Below are positions 34,811 through 44,481 of a DNA stretch of 64,000 bases, one piece after another. How positions within the stretch are numbered: position 1 is the first letter of the stretch; each line of letters begins with the position of its first letter. Source of the DNA: Bacilli bacterium (lineage in GTDB: Bacteria; Bacillota_I; Bacilli_A; RFN20; CAG-826); NCBI GenBank assembly GCA_022653695.1, contig JALCSW010000002.1:342605-406604 (forward strand), given 5' to 3'. The notes under the pieces were generated by a model. That model was given only the letters and a program-made list of their open reading frames with translations. It made no database searches and was not told the origin of the DNA. A program made the position numbers and the translations under genes.

Positions 34811-36295
34811 TCAGTCCCTTGGCTTATAAACCCGGGTGGCTTTCACGGCCATCCGCCAACCCCGATACAGGCGGCGGGCTTCCTCTTCCTTCATGGAAGG
34901 ATAGTACATTTTCGCGGAGGCGTGATTGACCTCGATCTCATGGCAATCTTTCCAGAACCCGCAGCCGAGGCCAGCGAAATACCCCGCCCCAAGCGCGGTC
35001 GTCTCGATGCACTTCGGGATGCGGACCTCGCATTGAAGGATATCGCTTTGGAACTGCATGAGAAGGCCGTTGGCCGAGGCCCCGCCGTCGACTTTGAGGA
35101 CTTTGAGGTCGAGATGGGCCTCCCGCTTCATGGTGTCGATCACGTCCTTGGACTGGTAGGCGATGCCATAGAGGGCCGCCCTCGTGATGTTGTGGCGGTC
35201 GGCCCCGCGGGTCAATCCGAAGATGGCCCCGCGCGCCTCGTCGTCCCAGTAAGGCGTCCCTAGACCGACGAAAGCCGGCACGACGTAGACCCCGGCGGTG
35301 TCGGGGGCGCGCTCGGCGTAGCCTTCGCTGTCGGCGCTGTGCTTGATCCAGTCCATCTGATCGCGAAGCCACTGCACCACCGCCCCGCCGATGAAGACGG
35401 AGCCCTCGAGGGCGTAAGTGACTTCTCCGCCAAGGCGCCACGCCACCGTCGTCAGGAGGCCGTGTTTGCTGATTATCGGCTTCTTTCCGGTGTTCATGAG
35501 CATAAAGCAGCCGGTGCCGTAGGTGTTCTTGCTGTCGCCTTCCTTGTAGCAGCATTGCCCGAAGAGGGCGGCTTGCTGGTCGCCGGCGACCCCGCAAATA
35601 TGGACGCGCCCATTGAAGAAAGAGGCCTCGCCATAGTCGCTCGCGTTGTCGCGGACCTCCGGCAGCATCGACATCGGGATGTCCCAGATTTTGCATAGCT
35701 CCGGGTCCCACTTCATGTCGAAGATGTCGTAAAGCATCGTGCGGGAAGCGTTGCTTACGTCGGTATAATGGGAAGCCCCTTGGGTCATTTTGTAGATGAG
35801 CCAACTGTCGACCGTGCCGAAAAGAAGCTCGCCGCTCTCGGCCCTTTTCTGAGCCCCGCGGACGTGGTCGAGGATAAAACGGATTTTGGAGGCGCTGAAA
35901 TAGGGGTTCATCCGCAACCCCGTCTTTTTGGCGATGTAGGAAGTGAAACGCTCCCGCTTGTCGCAAAGGCTTTTGGTTTCTTTGCTCTGCCAAACGATGG
36001 CCCGGTAGATGGCTTTGCCGGTCCGCTTATCCCAAACGATCGAGGTCTCGCGCTGATTGGTGATCCCGATCGCGGCGATGTCGCTCATTTTGGCCCCGGA
36101 CACGATGAGGATCTCGTTGATGACGTCGACGACGCTCACCCAAATCTTGTCGGCGTCCTGCTCGACCCAGCCCGGTTTCGGGTAAAGGCACTCGACGGGA
36201 CGCTGCGCCTTGAAGGCTTCCTCCCCTTGCCGCGAAATCAAAATGGCACGAGTGGACGTCGTGCCTTGGTCAATGGCCAAGATGTACTTTTTCAT
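34811..36295 (-). CDS. glpK: Glycerol kinase
   Basis: MKKYILAIDQGTTSTRAIL, GITNQRETSIVWD and VDGGASAN motifs. 494 aa. Confidence 0.95.
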   Translation of the reverse strand: MKKYILAIDQGTTSTRAILISRQGEEAFKAQRPVECLYPKPGWVEQDADKIWVSVVDVINEILIVSGAKMSDIAAIGITNQRETSIVWDKRTGKAIYRAIVWQSKETKSLCDKRERFTSYIAKKTGLRMNPYFSASKIRFILDHVRGAQKRAESGELLFGTVDSWLIYKMTQGASHYTDVSNASRTMLYDIFDMKWDPELCKIWDIPMSMLPEVRDNASDYGEASFFNGRVHICGVAGDQQAALFGQCCYKEGDSKNTYGTGCFMLMNTGKKPIISKHGLLTTVAWRLGGEVTYALEGSVFIGGAVVQWLRDQMDWIKHSADSEGYAERAPDTAGVYVVPAFVGLGTPYWDDEARGAIFGLTRGADRHNITRAALYGIAYQSKDVIDTMKREAHLDLKVLKVDGGASANGLLMQFQSDILQCEVRIPKCIETTALGAGYFAGLGCGFWKDCHEIEVNHASAKMYYPSMKEEEARRLYRGWRMAVKATRVYKPRD

Positions 36296-36319
36296 ACGTC
36301 AATTATAGTGAGGTCACCC

Positions 36320-36691
36320 TTAGAGAAAAAGGGCAATCCCGCACGGGCTTTTCGTCGGGTCGGCCTCGAAGATGGCTTTGCCGGCCCGATAGGAATGAAC
36401 ATAGAGGAAAACGATGAGGACAAGCAAGGTTATGAGAACCGCGAAAAGGACCTTGACCGACATTTTCCGCGTCGGCGGGAGCACCGAAGCGAGGCCCAGC
36501 AAGCCAAAGAGGGCCTCGAAGGCCACGTAAAGATAAACGCGGGAGCCGATGACGGCGTCCATCGAGTCGTAATAGGTCAAATCCGTCGCGGCGTCATAGA
36601 ACGTATAGACCGGAACGAAAGAAAGGGCCACGGTGAGGATTCCGGCGACGAAGACGGCAAGGGCCAAAACGGCGACTTTCTTTCGGGTCAT
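36320..36691 (-). CDS. Small membrane protein (4 predicted TM), unknown function
   Basis: 123-aa hydrophobic ORF packed between pepP and glpK on the same strand. Confidence 0.5.
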   Translation of the reverse strand: MTRKKVAVLALAVFVAGILTVALSFVPVYTFYDAATDLTYYDSMDAVIGSRVYLYVAFEALFGLLGLASVLPPTRKMSVKVLFAVLITLLVLIVFLYVHSYRAGKAIFEADPTKSPCGIALFL

Positions 36692-36715
36692 GGTGGATAT
36701 AAGGACGGCGAGGCC

Positions 36716-38002
36716 TTAGCGGCGGGTCAGGATCCTTTCCAAGTCGGCCTTTTCCTTCGGGATGGCGGCGGTCAATACCTCGCAGCCGCCTTTCGTGATC
36801 AACAAATCGTCCTCGACGCGAACGCCTAGGCCCTTTTCCTTCATGTAGAGGCCGGGCTCGTCGCTGATGACCATACCCGGGGCAAGGGGCACTTTCTTGT
36901 ATTGCCGATCCAAGGGATTTAAGTAGGGGTCGTGGGTGTCGAGGCCGATGAAATGGCTGACGCTATGGAAATAATAACGGATGATGTCTTCCTTTTTGGA
37001 AATGAAGCCGGCGGCGAGGCATTCGCTCGCGAGGTATTCGACGGCCGCGTTCTGCAGATCCTCGATCGTGAGGCCGGGCTGAGCCATCGCGGCGATCATT
37101 TTGTTGCATCCGAGGACGATCGAATAGACTTTGGCCTGCTCGGGCGTGAAGCGGCCCGAGACCGGAATGGTTCGGCTCACGTCGGCGCAATAGAAGTTCT
37201 TCCTCGCGCCCAGATCCATCAGCAAAAGGCTGTTGGGCCTCACGGTGTCCATCGGGGTCGGGTAATGGAGGCAGGCGGCGTGGACGCCGCTCGCCATGAT
37301 GGTATAGAAGGAAAGGCCCTCGTAGCCGTTGTCGTCGTTGATGACGTGAAGGAATTCGTCGGCGAGCTCGTATTCCTTGACGCCCGGCTTGGCTTTCGCC
37401 ATGACCGCGGCGATGCCGAGTTTGGTCGAGGAGATGGCGCTTCGCAATTCGTTTATTTCGTTATCGCTCTTAACGAGGCGCAGCGTCGTGACGAGGGGAT
37501 AGAGATCCAGCACCTCGAGTTTTGGGAAAACCGTCAAAAGAGTTTTCTCGTATTCGTGGGTGGAGGTGGCCTCCGCGATCTTGATCTCGCGGTCGCGGTC
37601 CAAATATATCTTCCGGACGTCCCCGAATTCCTGAAAGGCCGGGTTGAGGATGCCGTTGATCTTGCCCTCGAACGATTCGGACATGAGGATGTTATGGATT
37701 CCGCTCCGCTCACGGGCCTCTTCGACGCTCAGGCGCTTGCCATACCATTTCTCCTTGCTTTCGTCGAAAGGAAGGATGAAGAGGAATTCCTTCGTCTCGC
37801 CCATGGTTTTGGCGAGAAGCAAGACGCTCCCCTCTTGGGAGATGCCGCTAAGATAGAGGAAGTTGCGGTTGATCTCAAAAGGCGCCTCCTCGTCGGCGCT
37901 GCTGACTTTGGGCACGCCGCCAAAGGAAACAAGAATCGAATCTTCGTCCATGGCCTCGATCAGCTTCCGCCGCCTATTCTCGAATTCGCCGCTGGGTATC
38001 AT
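36716..38002 (-). CDS. M24B Xaa-Pro aminopeptidase/dipeptidase
   Basis: Pita-bread fold metal ligands in context: DLGARKNFYCADVSRT, HSVSHFIGLDTHD, EPGLY, VRVEDD. 428 aa. Confidence 0.85.
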   Translation of the reverse strand: MIPSGEFENRRRKLIEAMDEDSILVSFGGVPKVSSADEEAPFEINRNFLYLSGISQEGSVLLLAKTMGETKEFLFILPFDESKEKWYGKRLSVEEARERSGIHNILMSESFEGKINGILNPAFQEFGDVRKIYLDRDREIKIAEATSTHEYEKTLLTVFPKLEVLDLYPLVTTLRLVKSDNEINELRSAISSTKLGIAAVMAKAKPGVKEYELADEFLHVINDDNGYEGLSFYTIMASGVHAACLHYPTPMDTVRPNSLLLMDLGARKNFYCADVSRTIPVSGRFTPEQAKVYSIVLGCNKMIAAMAQPGLTIEDLQNAAVEYLASECLAAGFISKKEDIIRYYFHSVSHFIGLDTHDPYLNPLDRQYKKVPLAPGMVISDEPGLYMKEKGLGVRVEDDLLITKGGCEVLTAAIPKEKADLERILTRR

Positions 38003-38615
38003 GCTCCGCCCTCCTCAGGATTTCCCGCCCTTCGTCTTTGCCGACGATCCTCACTTCCGGGGGCAAAGCCTCCGCGAATGACCCAACTAGTCTAGCATCT
38101 AGAAGCAAAGAAAACTTCACCGAAGAGGAAAAAACCTCATCGGTGAAGGAATATCCGCGCGAAAGGGCCTCGCTCCTCACCTTCATGTAGGAATCGTAGG
38201 GGCCTTCCAAACGCAGGCGGCAAGCGGGGACGATTTCCAAAAGGGAAGCCTTCGCGACGGCGGCCTCCCCCACGCCGAGATAGACGCGCTTCAGCCGGCC
38301 GAGCCCAAGCTTCGTGCCACCGAAATAGCGGACCGCGACGAGGCAAACGCGACGCAATCCCTTTTCGCGCAACAGATTGAGGAAAGGCAGGCCGACGCTC
38401 CGCGGCGGCTCGCCGTCGTCGCTGAAACCTTCAAGGCCCTCCGTTCGAAAGGCATAGCAGTAATGGGCGGCTTTCGGATAATCCTTCCGCGCTTTTTGAA
38501 GAAGGGCCGCGAAGGAGGCTTCGTCCTCGCAGGGGGAAAGCAAAGCGATGAAACGCGACGAAAGGACTTTGGACTCGGCCGAGGAAAAACCTTCGATCGA
38601 AAGCGGAAAACCCAT
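37974..38615 (-). CDS. yigZ: IMPACT/YigZ (UPF0029) family protein
   Basis: HYCYAF...SDDGEP...GLPFL...VAVRYFGGTKLGLGRL pattern. 213 aa. 29-nt overlap with the pepP start. Confidence 0.75.
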   Translation of the reverse strand: MGFPLSIEGFSSAESKVLSSRFIALLSPCEDEASFAALLQKARKDYPKAAHYCYAFRTEGLEGFSDDGEPPRSVGLPFLNLLREKGLRRVCLVAVRYFGGTKLGLGRLKRVYLGVGEAAVAKASLLEIVPACRLRLEGPYDSYMKVRSEALSRGYSFTDEVFSSSVKFSLLLDARLVGSFAEALPPEVRIVGKDEGREILRRAEHDTQRRIRE

Positions 38616-38625
38616 CGGCGGAACC

Positions 38626-41600
38626 TTATGGCGCCGCCAAAGCCGGGTCGGTGGCCGCGTCGTAGACGTGAACGCCGTTCCAGGCGTTGATTTTGTCGAG
38701 GAACGCGTCGCCTTCGTAGGCTTTGGCGAAGATGTAGGCCGCCTCGCTCGGGATTTTCATGAAGACGGAGCCCGTCCGGAAGAGATCGCATAGGCTTGAG
38801 ACCTCTTCGAAGGCGATCTGATCCGCGGTGAGATGGCCATAGAAAGGATACGAGGCCCCATGGTGGGCATCGTAGGGGTAAGTGTCCTCGGGATCGCCGG
38901 CGTCGCCGAGGGCGATGCGGCCCGCGGAGACGATGGTCCCGATCGATTTGACGCGATCGAGCAAAGTCGAAAGGCCGTTGGCCAAAGCGGTGCTATAGCC
39001 CGAAACGCCGGTTGAGATGATCGTCAAAGCCGAAGCGATCTTGGCGGGAAGGGCCTCGTAAAGGAGACGCGAGGAGTTGATGGCGGCGACAAGGCCTTCG
39101 ATCCTGCCCTGGGCGAAATCGTTATCGGTCGCGGAAACGGCGTTTCTGTGGTAAGCCCCGCCGACGTCCTCGTCGAATTCGTTGACGAAATAGCCGCTCA
39201 CGTCGAAAGTGCTGACTTGGAATCCGGAAACCCCACTGATGAAATCCTGCAGTTTCTTGCCGACGGTGGCTAAGGCCTGGGACTCATCCGTCCAAGCTTT
39301 CCGGGCCCCTGCGTCAAGGAGGTAGTCCTCCCCGCCCGTCTTGGACAGGAGGACGGTGAGGGAAGTTTGCCCGTTCGCCGAGTCGGCGGCGGCGCTGAGC
39401 TCGTCCATCACGTCCGAAACGCTTTGGCCCACGAAGGCCGATTCGCTGAATCCAAGGGCCTCAAGAGCCGCGTGCCGGTCGTTTCCTTCGTAAGGCGGAA
39501 GCGGGCTCGAACCGTCGCCGATCTCCGTTACCAAAGCGGACACGGCCGCCTCGGCTTCCTCAAGGAGGGCGCCGTCCTCTCTTTCCAAAGCCCCGCTAAG
39601 ATGGCCTATCCGGTTGATTTGCCTCTCAATCGCCACGGTATCGGGGTTGCCGCCGCCGTCGAGATAGAATTCCGCCTTCTCGAGCAGGTCCTCCATCTGG
39701 TTTTCGCAGGCGGTGAAGCCGTTGCCGTTGCGGATCGCGGCATTCTCCGGAAGCGAATTGAAGACGGACGATTCGGCGATTTGGCTCAAAAGCGGGTAGA
39801 GGAAATACTCCGGCGAGGCGGTGTCGATCTGGATGTCGCCCGCCGAAAGGTTCCCCGAAGCGCCGACGAGGCCGTACTTGTCGTCGAGGATGACGTACAT
39901 GAGGCCCGACATGCAGTCCGTCTCGAATTCGCGTTGCTCGGGGCTGCAGGCCCATAGGTAGAGGATGTTGGCCCCGGTGAGGGCGCTGCCCGCGCTCGCC
40001 AAAGCCCCAAGAGCCTGCTGGAAAAGGTGATACGTCAGGACCTTGCCGAACGCCTTGGAACCGCAGACGACCCCGAGGAGGGCGTCATAGTCCGTGGGGT
40101 TGATGAGGCTGATGTCGCTGCTGGCCTTGAAGCTATCGACGCCGCCGATATATTCGCATCGGCGCACTATTTCCTCGAAATTGTCGCATTCCGCGGCCCA
40201 CTTGCTCGTTTCGAAGACGGGGTTGGAGTATTCCCCCGTCGAATCGTCATATGTCCAGTAACGGTACTCGCCATCGCTGAAGTAACTGTCGTATCCCGTT
40301 TCCCCGGAACCCACGTAAGCGACCTTTTCGAACTCCTCGAGGAGGGTCGAATAGGTGAAGGCGGAAGCCTCGCTCGGGTTGGCGCCCGTCGATTCGTCGA
40401 TATCGCAGAAATACGCGCTTGGGCCCGCGGTTCCAAAGGAAGCGATCAACTTATCCTGGAAAAACCGCGGGAAAAGGTATTCCTTGCTTAGGATTGTGGT
40501 CCCGTCGGAGGCGTAGTTCGTCTTCACGAACATTTGCGACTGACTGAGCGTGTAAAGGATCTGCGCCACGCACGTCGGGTCGCTGTCGAGATATTGGATA
40601 TTGGAGAAATCGCCGATTTCGCTCGCGAAGCGAACAAGCGTGTCGAGGGCTCTCCCTTCGGTAGCCCAACTCGTCACGTTGGCGAACGTGACGTCGGAAA
40701 GATCCGCCGAGGACAGGCTCGTGACGACCGGCAAAACGGTCTTGTCGAGGACTTGGGAGAAGACTTTCCTCATGATGAAGGAATCGTCGACGTGGGAGAA
40801 AAGCTCCTCGAAATCGACGCCTCGAAGGGCGGCGATATCGAGGCTGGACCCCGAGTAATCCGACAAGGTGGAAACGAGTCCGCTGCTGACTAGCGAAACG
40901 ACGCAATCGACGAAGGCGTCAGCCTCATCGGCCGCATTGAAATCGAGGGAAGAGAGATATTCCTGCGTGATAAGGTAATCGTCGCCCATCGCCCCAAGGG
41001 CCTTGTTGACGACGAGGAGGAAGTTCGTGTTCTTGACAATTCCGCCGCCTTCTTGACTCACATCCGGGTTAAGGATCGGCGAGGTGGCCATGAACCTAAG
41101 GAGTTCCTTAAACTGAGTGGCATAGCCGGAGCTCGGATCGGACAAAGGCGCCAAAACGGCCTCAAGGTTCTTACCCGTCAGGGATCCGGAACTCGAAAGG
41201 TTCGTCACGAAGCGGATAAGGTCGCCGCAATCGCCGAACGTTCTCAGCAAATCGGCCAAGGACTGGCCCAAGCCCTCCTCCGGGAAGGTCGGATCGACCC
41301 ATCCTTCGCCCATGGCGGAAGAAAAGGTTTTCCCCAGCAAAGAGGAGAACACGCCTTTCATGATCTTTGGGAGGACGACCGAATCGTCGATGGCCCTCAT
41401 GGCGTTCTCAAGATCCGCCAACAGCCCGTCGTCGATGCCGTTGAATTTGCCATTGGGGTCGTAGTCGATGCCCGGCAAATCGCCATAATGCTTGATGAAA
41501 GTCTTGCCGATGCCACCGTCGACGGGGTTGCCTTCCCCGTCTTCGCCCGGAGCGACGAGGGCGTTCACGATTTTGAACATCGCGTTGAATTCCCCCTTAA

Positions 41601-43512
41601 ATTCCAAAGTCGTGTCAAGGGAAGCGATCGCCTCGTCCAAGCCGTCGACCGTGACGTCCATGGTCGAGGAAACGGCGCCGCTGAGAATCTTTAGCAGACG
41701 CGGCATCGCGTTGGCGAGGAACGTGCTGTCGAGCAGGCACGTCGTGCCCGTGCTCTTGCCGGTAACCGGATCGATGTTCGTAAGTTCTCCCGTCGTGGGA
41801 TCCACATCGCCCACGATCGCGCTTTCGAGGACCCGCGGATGGTCGAAGAGCAAATCGGAGACGTAGTTGTCGGTCGTTATCGTGTTGGCGGCGATGCGAG
41901 TCGCGATCTGCGGAATGAAATCGGCCACGCCCTCATCGGCGAGATTGCCGTTAAGATCGGCGATGGTGTTGTAAACGGACTTTATCTCCTCACCGAATTT
42001 GATGGAGGCATAACTTGCCGGCAAAGCGTCCGGAAGGCCGTCGCCGTCGTTATCCCATTCCGGGTTGCCGTTGCCGTCGGAATCGGATGTGTCGACGGAA
42101 GGCAAGAAGTCGGAGAGGTCGATCGAAGTCGAGTTCCGGGGCCCGGCCTCGACGAGGGACTGCGCGGATTTGCACGCCGTGACGTAAAGGGCCGACTGAA
42201 GCAGTTTATTGAGGAAGGCCCAGGAATTGGAATCCAGGTCGTCGAGGACCTTGTTGAACTTAGTGACATGGGTCTCGTCGAAAAGGGCGGCGATGCCATC
42301 GCCATTGAGCCCCACAGGGCTCTCCTCGTTCTCAGGATCGAAGAAAACGTCGATGATGCCGGCGTCTTGGATGTCCTTGACCAACTGGGCGAGGTTCCCA
42401 ATCCCGTCCGCCCAGTTAACGTGGGAAGTGTCGATGCCCTCATTGGTCGCGACATAAGACTCAACGGCTGGCAACGAAAGGACAATCTCCACGCCGATCG
42501 GGAGAAGGGCCGTGAAGAAATCGCTGTCGGCCAAAGCGTAGATAAAATCAGGCAGATAACGGCTGGCGGCGAAAGTGAGAAAACCCACCTCGTTCATGTT
42601 GCCTTCGTCGAAAAGCCCGCCCTTAAGGAGGGCGGAAGCCGCTTTCGTGACGTCGCCCAGCAAACCGCCGATGGATACCTTCGCGTTCGCGGCCGAATTC
42701 GCCACCGGGGCGCTCGTGAAGAAGTTGACGAGTTGCTCATCGAACGATTCGTTCTCGTCGTTGCGGGCGTAAGAACCGAAAAACACCTTTGAGAAAAGAG
42801 AATCGTCATAGGTGTCGAGGGCCGCTTTGACGGTCGAATAGGCGGGCCCGTCCGCCACTACGGAAGCCTCTTCGCCTCCATCGGCCCCTTCTAGGCCATG
42901 GGCGATTGAGTTGACTAAGGAAGTGAAGGGGGTGAGGAGCATCGCCATGAGAACGCCGACGATGGCGACTTCCTCGAAAGCGCTGGCGATCTTCCCTTTT
43001 TTATAAGAGGCCTTCCGCTGCTTTTTCGGAATGATGTGCTTGAAGGCGAGATGCCAGAGAAGAAACACGAGAAACGAGCCGAGAATAATGACGATGATGG
43101 CGTCCACCACCATCATGGCGAACTTGATGACGCTCGTGGCGAGGGCCGTCGCCAAAGCCGCGATCGAATCCGGCGAACCGACGTTGAAGGCTTTGGAGAC
43201 CTCCGACACGAAACTGTTTATCGTGCCGAAAACGGTGGTGACCGTGAAATCGATCGGCGTTCCGTTGACGTTCGTCGACAGCGAGGGTCCGACCCACTGG
43301 GCGATGTTCAGCCCGCCGACGGCGTTCGCCTGAGCCGGCAAGGTGGCGAAGGCGATGACGATGAGAATCGTGAAAGCGATGAGGCGATACGTCCCATACC
43401 GCCATCCGCGCAAAAGGCCGCGCAGGAAACCCAGCGCCAAAAAGACGACTATGGCCACGAATGCCCAAAGGAGAACCTGCGATTCGATTTGCACGATTTG
43501 GTCGATGTCCAT
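38626..43512 (-). CDS. Giant membrane-anchored acidic protein (1,628 aa), unknown function
   Basis: A single uninterrupted ORF. The first ~200 aa hold 4 hydrophobic helices, and the first two (LLWAFVAIVVFLALGFLRGLLRGW...) are reminiscent of CvpA-type domains. The remaining ~1,400 aa are D/E/S/G-rich and non-repetitive, with one DxDxDG-like motif (DNDGDGLPD). Confidence 0.8.
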   Translation of the reverse strand: MDIDQIVQIESQVLLWAFVAIVVFLALGFLRGLLRGWRYGTYRLIAFTILIVIAFATLPAQANAVGGLNIAQWVGPSLSTNVNGTPIDFTVTTVFGTINSFVSEVSKAFNVGSPDSIAALATALATSVIKFAMMVVDAIIVIILGSFLVFLLWHLAFKHIIPKKQRKASYKKGKIASAFEEVAIVGVLMAMLLTPFTSLVNSIAHGLEGADGGEEASVVADGPAYSTVKAALDTYDDSLFSKVFFGSYARNDENESFDEQLVNFFTSAPVANSAANAKVSIGGLLGDVTKAASALLKGGLFDEGNMNEVGFLTFAASRYLPDFIYALADSDFFTALLPIGVEIVLSLPAVESYVATNEGIDTSHVNWADGIGNLAQLVKDIQDAGIIDVFFDPENEESPVGLNGDGIAALFDETHVTKFNKVLDDLDSNSWAFLNKLLQSALYVTACKSAQSLVEAGPRNSTSIDLSDFLPSVDTSDSDGNGNPEWDNDGDGLPDALPASYASIKFGEEIKSVYNTIADLNGNLADEGVADFIPQIATRIAANTITTDNYVSDLLFDHPRVLESAIVGDVDPTTGELTNIDPVTGKSTGTTCLLDSTFLANAMPRLLKILSGAVSSTMDVTVDGLDEAIASLDTTLEFKGEFNAMFKIVNALVAPGEDGEGNPVDGGIGKTFIKHYGDLPGIDYDPNGKFNGIDDGLLADLENAMRAIDDSVVLPKIMKGVFSSLLGKTFSSAMGEGWVDPTFPEEGLGQSLADLLRTFGDCGDLIRFVTNLSSSGSLTGKNLEAVLAPLSDPSSGYATQFKELLRFMATSPILNPDVSQEGGGIVKNTNFLLVVNKALGAMGDDYLITQEYLSSLDFNAADEADAFVDCVVSLVSSGLVSTLSDYSGSSLDIAALRGVDFEELFSHVDDSFIMRKVFSQVLDKTVLPVVTSLSSADLSDVTFANVTSWATEGRALDTLVRFASEIGDFSNIQYLDSDPTCVAQILYTLSQSQMFVKTNYASDGTTILSKEYLFPRFFQDKLIASFGTAGPSAYFCDIDESTGANPSEASAFTYSTLLEEFEKVAYVGSGETGYDSYFSDGEYRYWTYDDSTGEYSNPVFETSKWAAECDNFEEIVRRCEYIGGVDSFKASSDISLINPTDYDALLGVVCGSKAFGKVLTYHLFQQALGALASAGSALTGANILYLWACSPEQREFETDCMSGLMYVILDDKYGLVGASGNLSAGDIQIDTASPEYFLYPLLSQIAESSVFNSLPENAAIRNGNGFTACENQMEDLLEKAEFYLDGGGNPDTVAIERQINRIGHLSGALEREDGALLEEAEAAVSALVTEIGDGSSPLPPYEGNDRHAALEALGFSESAFVGQSVSDVMDELSAAADSANGQTSLTVLLSKTGGEDYLLDAGARKAWTDESQALATVGKKLQDFISGVSGFQVSTFDVSGYFVNEFDEDVGGAYHRNAVSATDNDFAQGRIEGLVAAINSSRLLYEALPAKIASALTIISTGVSGYSTALANGLSTLLDRVKSIGTIVSAGRIALGDAGDPEDTYPYDAHHGASYPFYGHLTADQIAFEEVSSLCDLFRTGSVFMKIPSEAAYIFAKAYEGDAFLDKINAWNGVHVYDAATDPALAAP

Positions 43513-43620
43513 TTATCGATTATTTTTTAGGAACTCTAAAGAGTTTCCTTCGTCAATAAATTATGTTCTTCTTTCGCGCGGGAAAGCAATTAAAATATAC
43601 TTACGTAAGCAAGCGCGCCC

Positions 43621-44481
43621 ATGAAAAACCTTTTCACGAAAATCACATGCCCCGAGTGCGGGAAGGGATACGACCCCGCCGAGAGAGAATGCCCCCACTG
43701 CCACGCCCCAAACCCTTCTTACGACCGCGGCAATGGGTGGGATGAAGTCACCGTGACGAGCTTCGGCGAGGAGATAGCGCTTTTCCTCATCGGGTCGATC
43801 GGGCTGACCATCGTGGCGTTTTTGCTCTCCTATGCCCTCCAATCGATCGCCAAAGGAGCCTTCGCCGCCGAAGGGCTGAGCGGAGAAGGCCTCCATAGCG
43901 CCCTCGTCGCCTATGTCACGACCGCCTCCTACAGCGCCTATTTGAATCTGGGGGCCTATTTCATCCTCTTTATCGTCTTGCTCATCGTCCTCGGACGCAA
44001 CATCTACAAAATAACGGCCAAATTCAAGCAAAAAAGAACCTATCTTGGCTTTCTTATTGGCATTGGCATGATGATGATAACGGGCTTCCTTTCCTTGCTC
44101 CTATCCTCAAAAAGCAACGCCAACCAAACCACGGTGGAATCCGTCGAAGCCTATGCCCCGGGGGCTTCCCTTCTCGTCATCGGACTCGTCGGTCCTTTCT
44201 GCGAGGAACTCACCTATCGCGTCGGCCTCTACACCTTCTTGAAACGAATCAACTGGGTCTTTGCCCTCATCGTCACAAGCCTTGTCTTCACGTTCATCCA
44301 TTTCGACTTCCAGGCGGTTTCCTCAGTCAACGAATGGCGCAATGTTCCCGTTTATTTCACGATGGCCCTCATCCTCACTTTCACCTATGAGAAAATGGGT
44401 TTTGGGGCATCTTTCCTCGCCCATGCGACCAACAATTTCCTCGGCATCCTGATAACCATCATCGCCAGCAACATCCAATGA
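43621..44481 (+). CDS. CPBP-family intramembrane glutamic endopeptidase with an N-terminal zinc ribbon
   Basis: CPECG...CPHC ribbon, then TM helices carrying EELTYR, FIHF and HATNNF (the CPBP/Abi motifs). Confidence 0.8.
   Translation: MKNLFTKITCPECGKGYDPAERECPHCHAPNPSYDRGNGWDEVTVTSFGEEIALFLIGSIGLTIVAFLLSYALQSIAKGAFAAEGLSGEGLHSALVAYVTTASYSAYLNLGAYFILFIVLLIVLGRNIYKITAKFKQKRTYLGFLIGIGMMMITGFLSLLLSSKSNANQTTVESVEAYAPGASLLVIGLVGPFCEELTYRVGLYTFLKRINWVFALIVTSLVFTFIHFDFQAVSSVNEWRNVPVYFTMALILTFTYEKMGFGASFLAHATNNFLGILITIIASNIQ

Noticed and set aside
38626-43512. RTX-, cadherin- or Ig-repeat adhesin classification of the giant protein.
   Set aside because: No tandem repeat units or GGxGxD nonapeptides are present. 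There is only one isolated DxDxDG-like stretch.
43513-43620. Divergent promoters in the AT-rich spacer between the giant gene and the CPBP gene.
   Set aside because: Several overlapping A/T hexamers (TAAAAT, AATAAT, TTGACG) allow many pairings. No unambiguous -35/-10 combination could be chosen.
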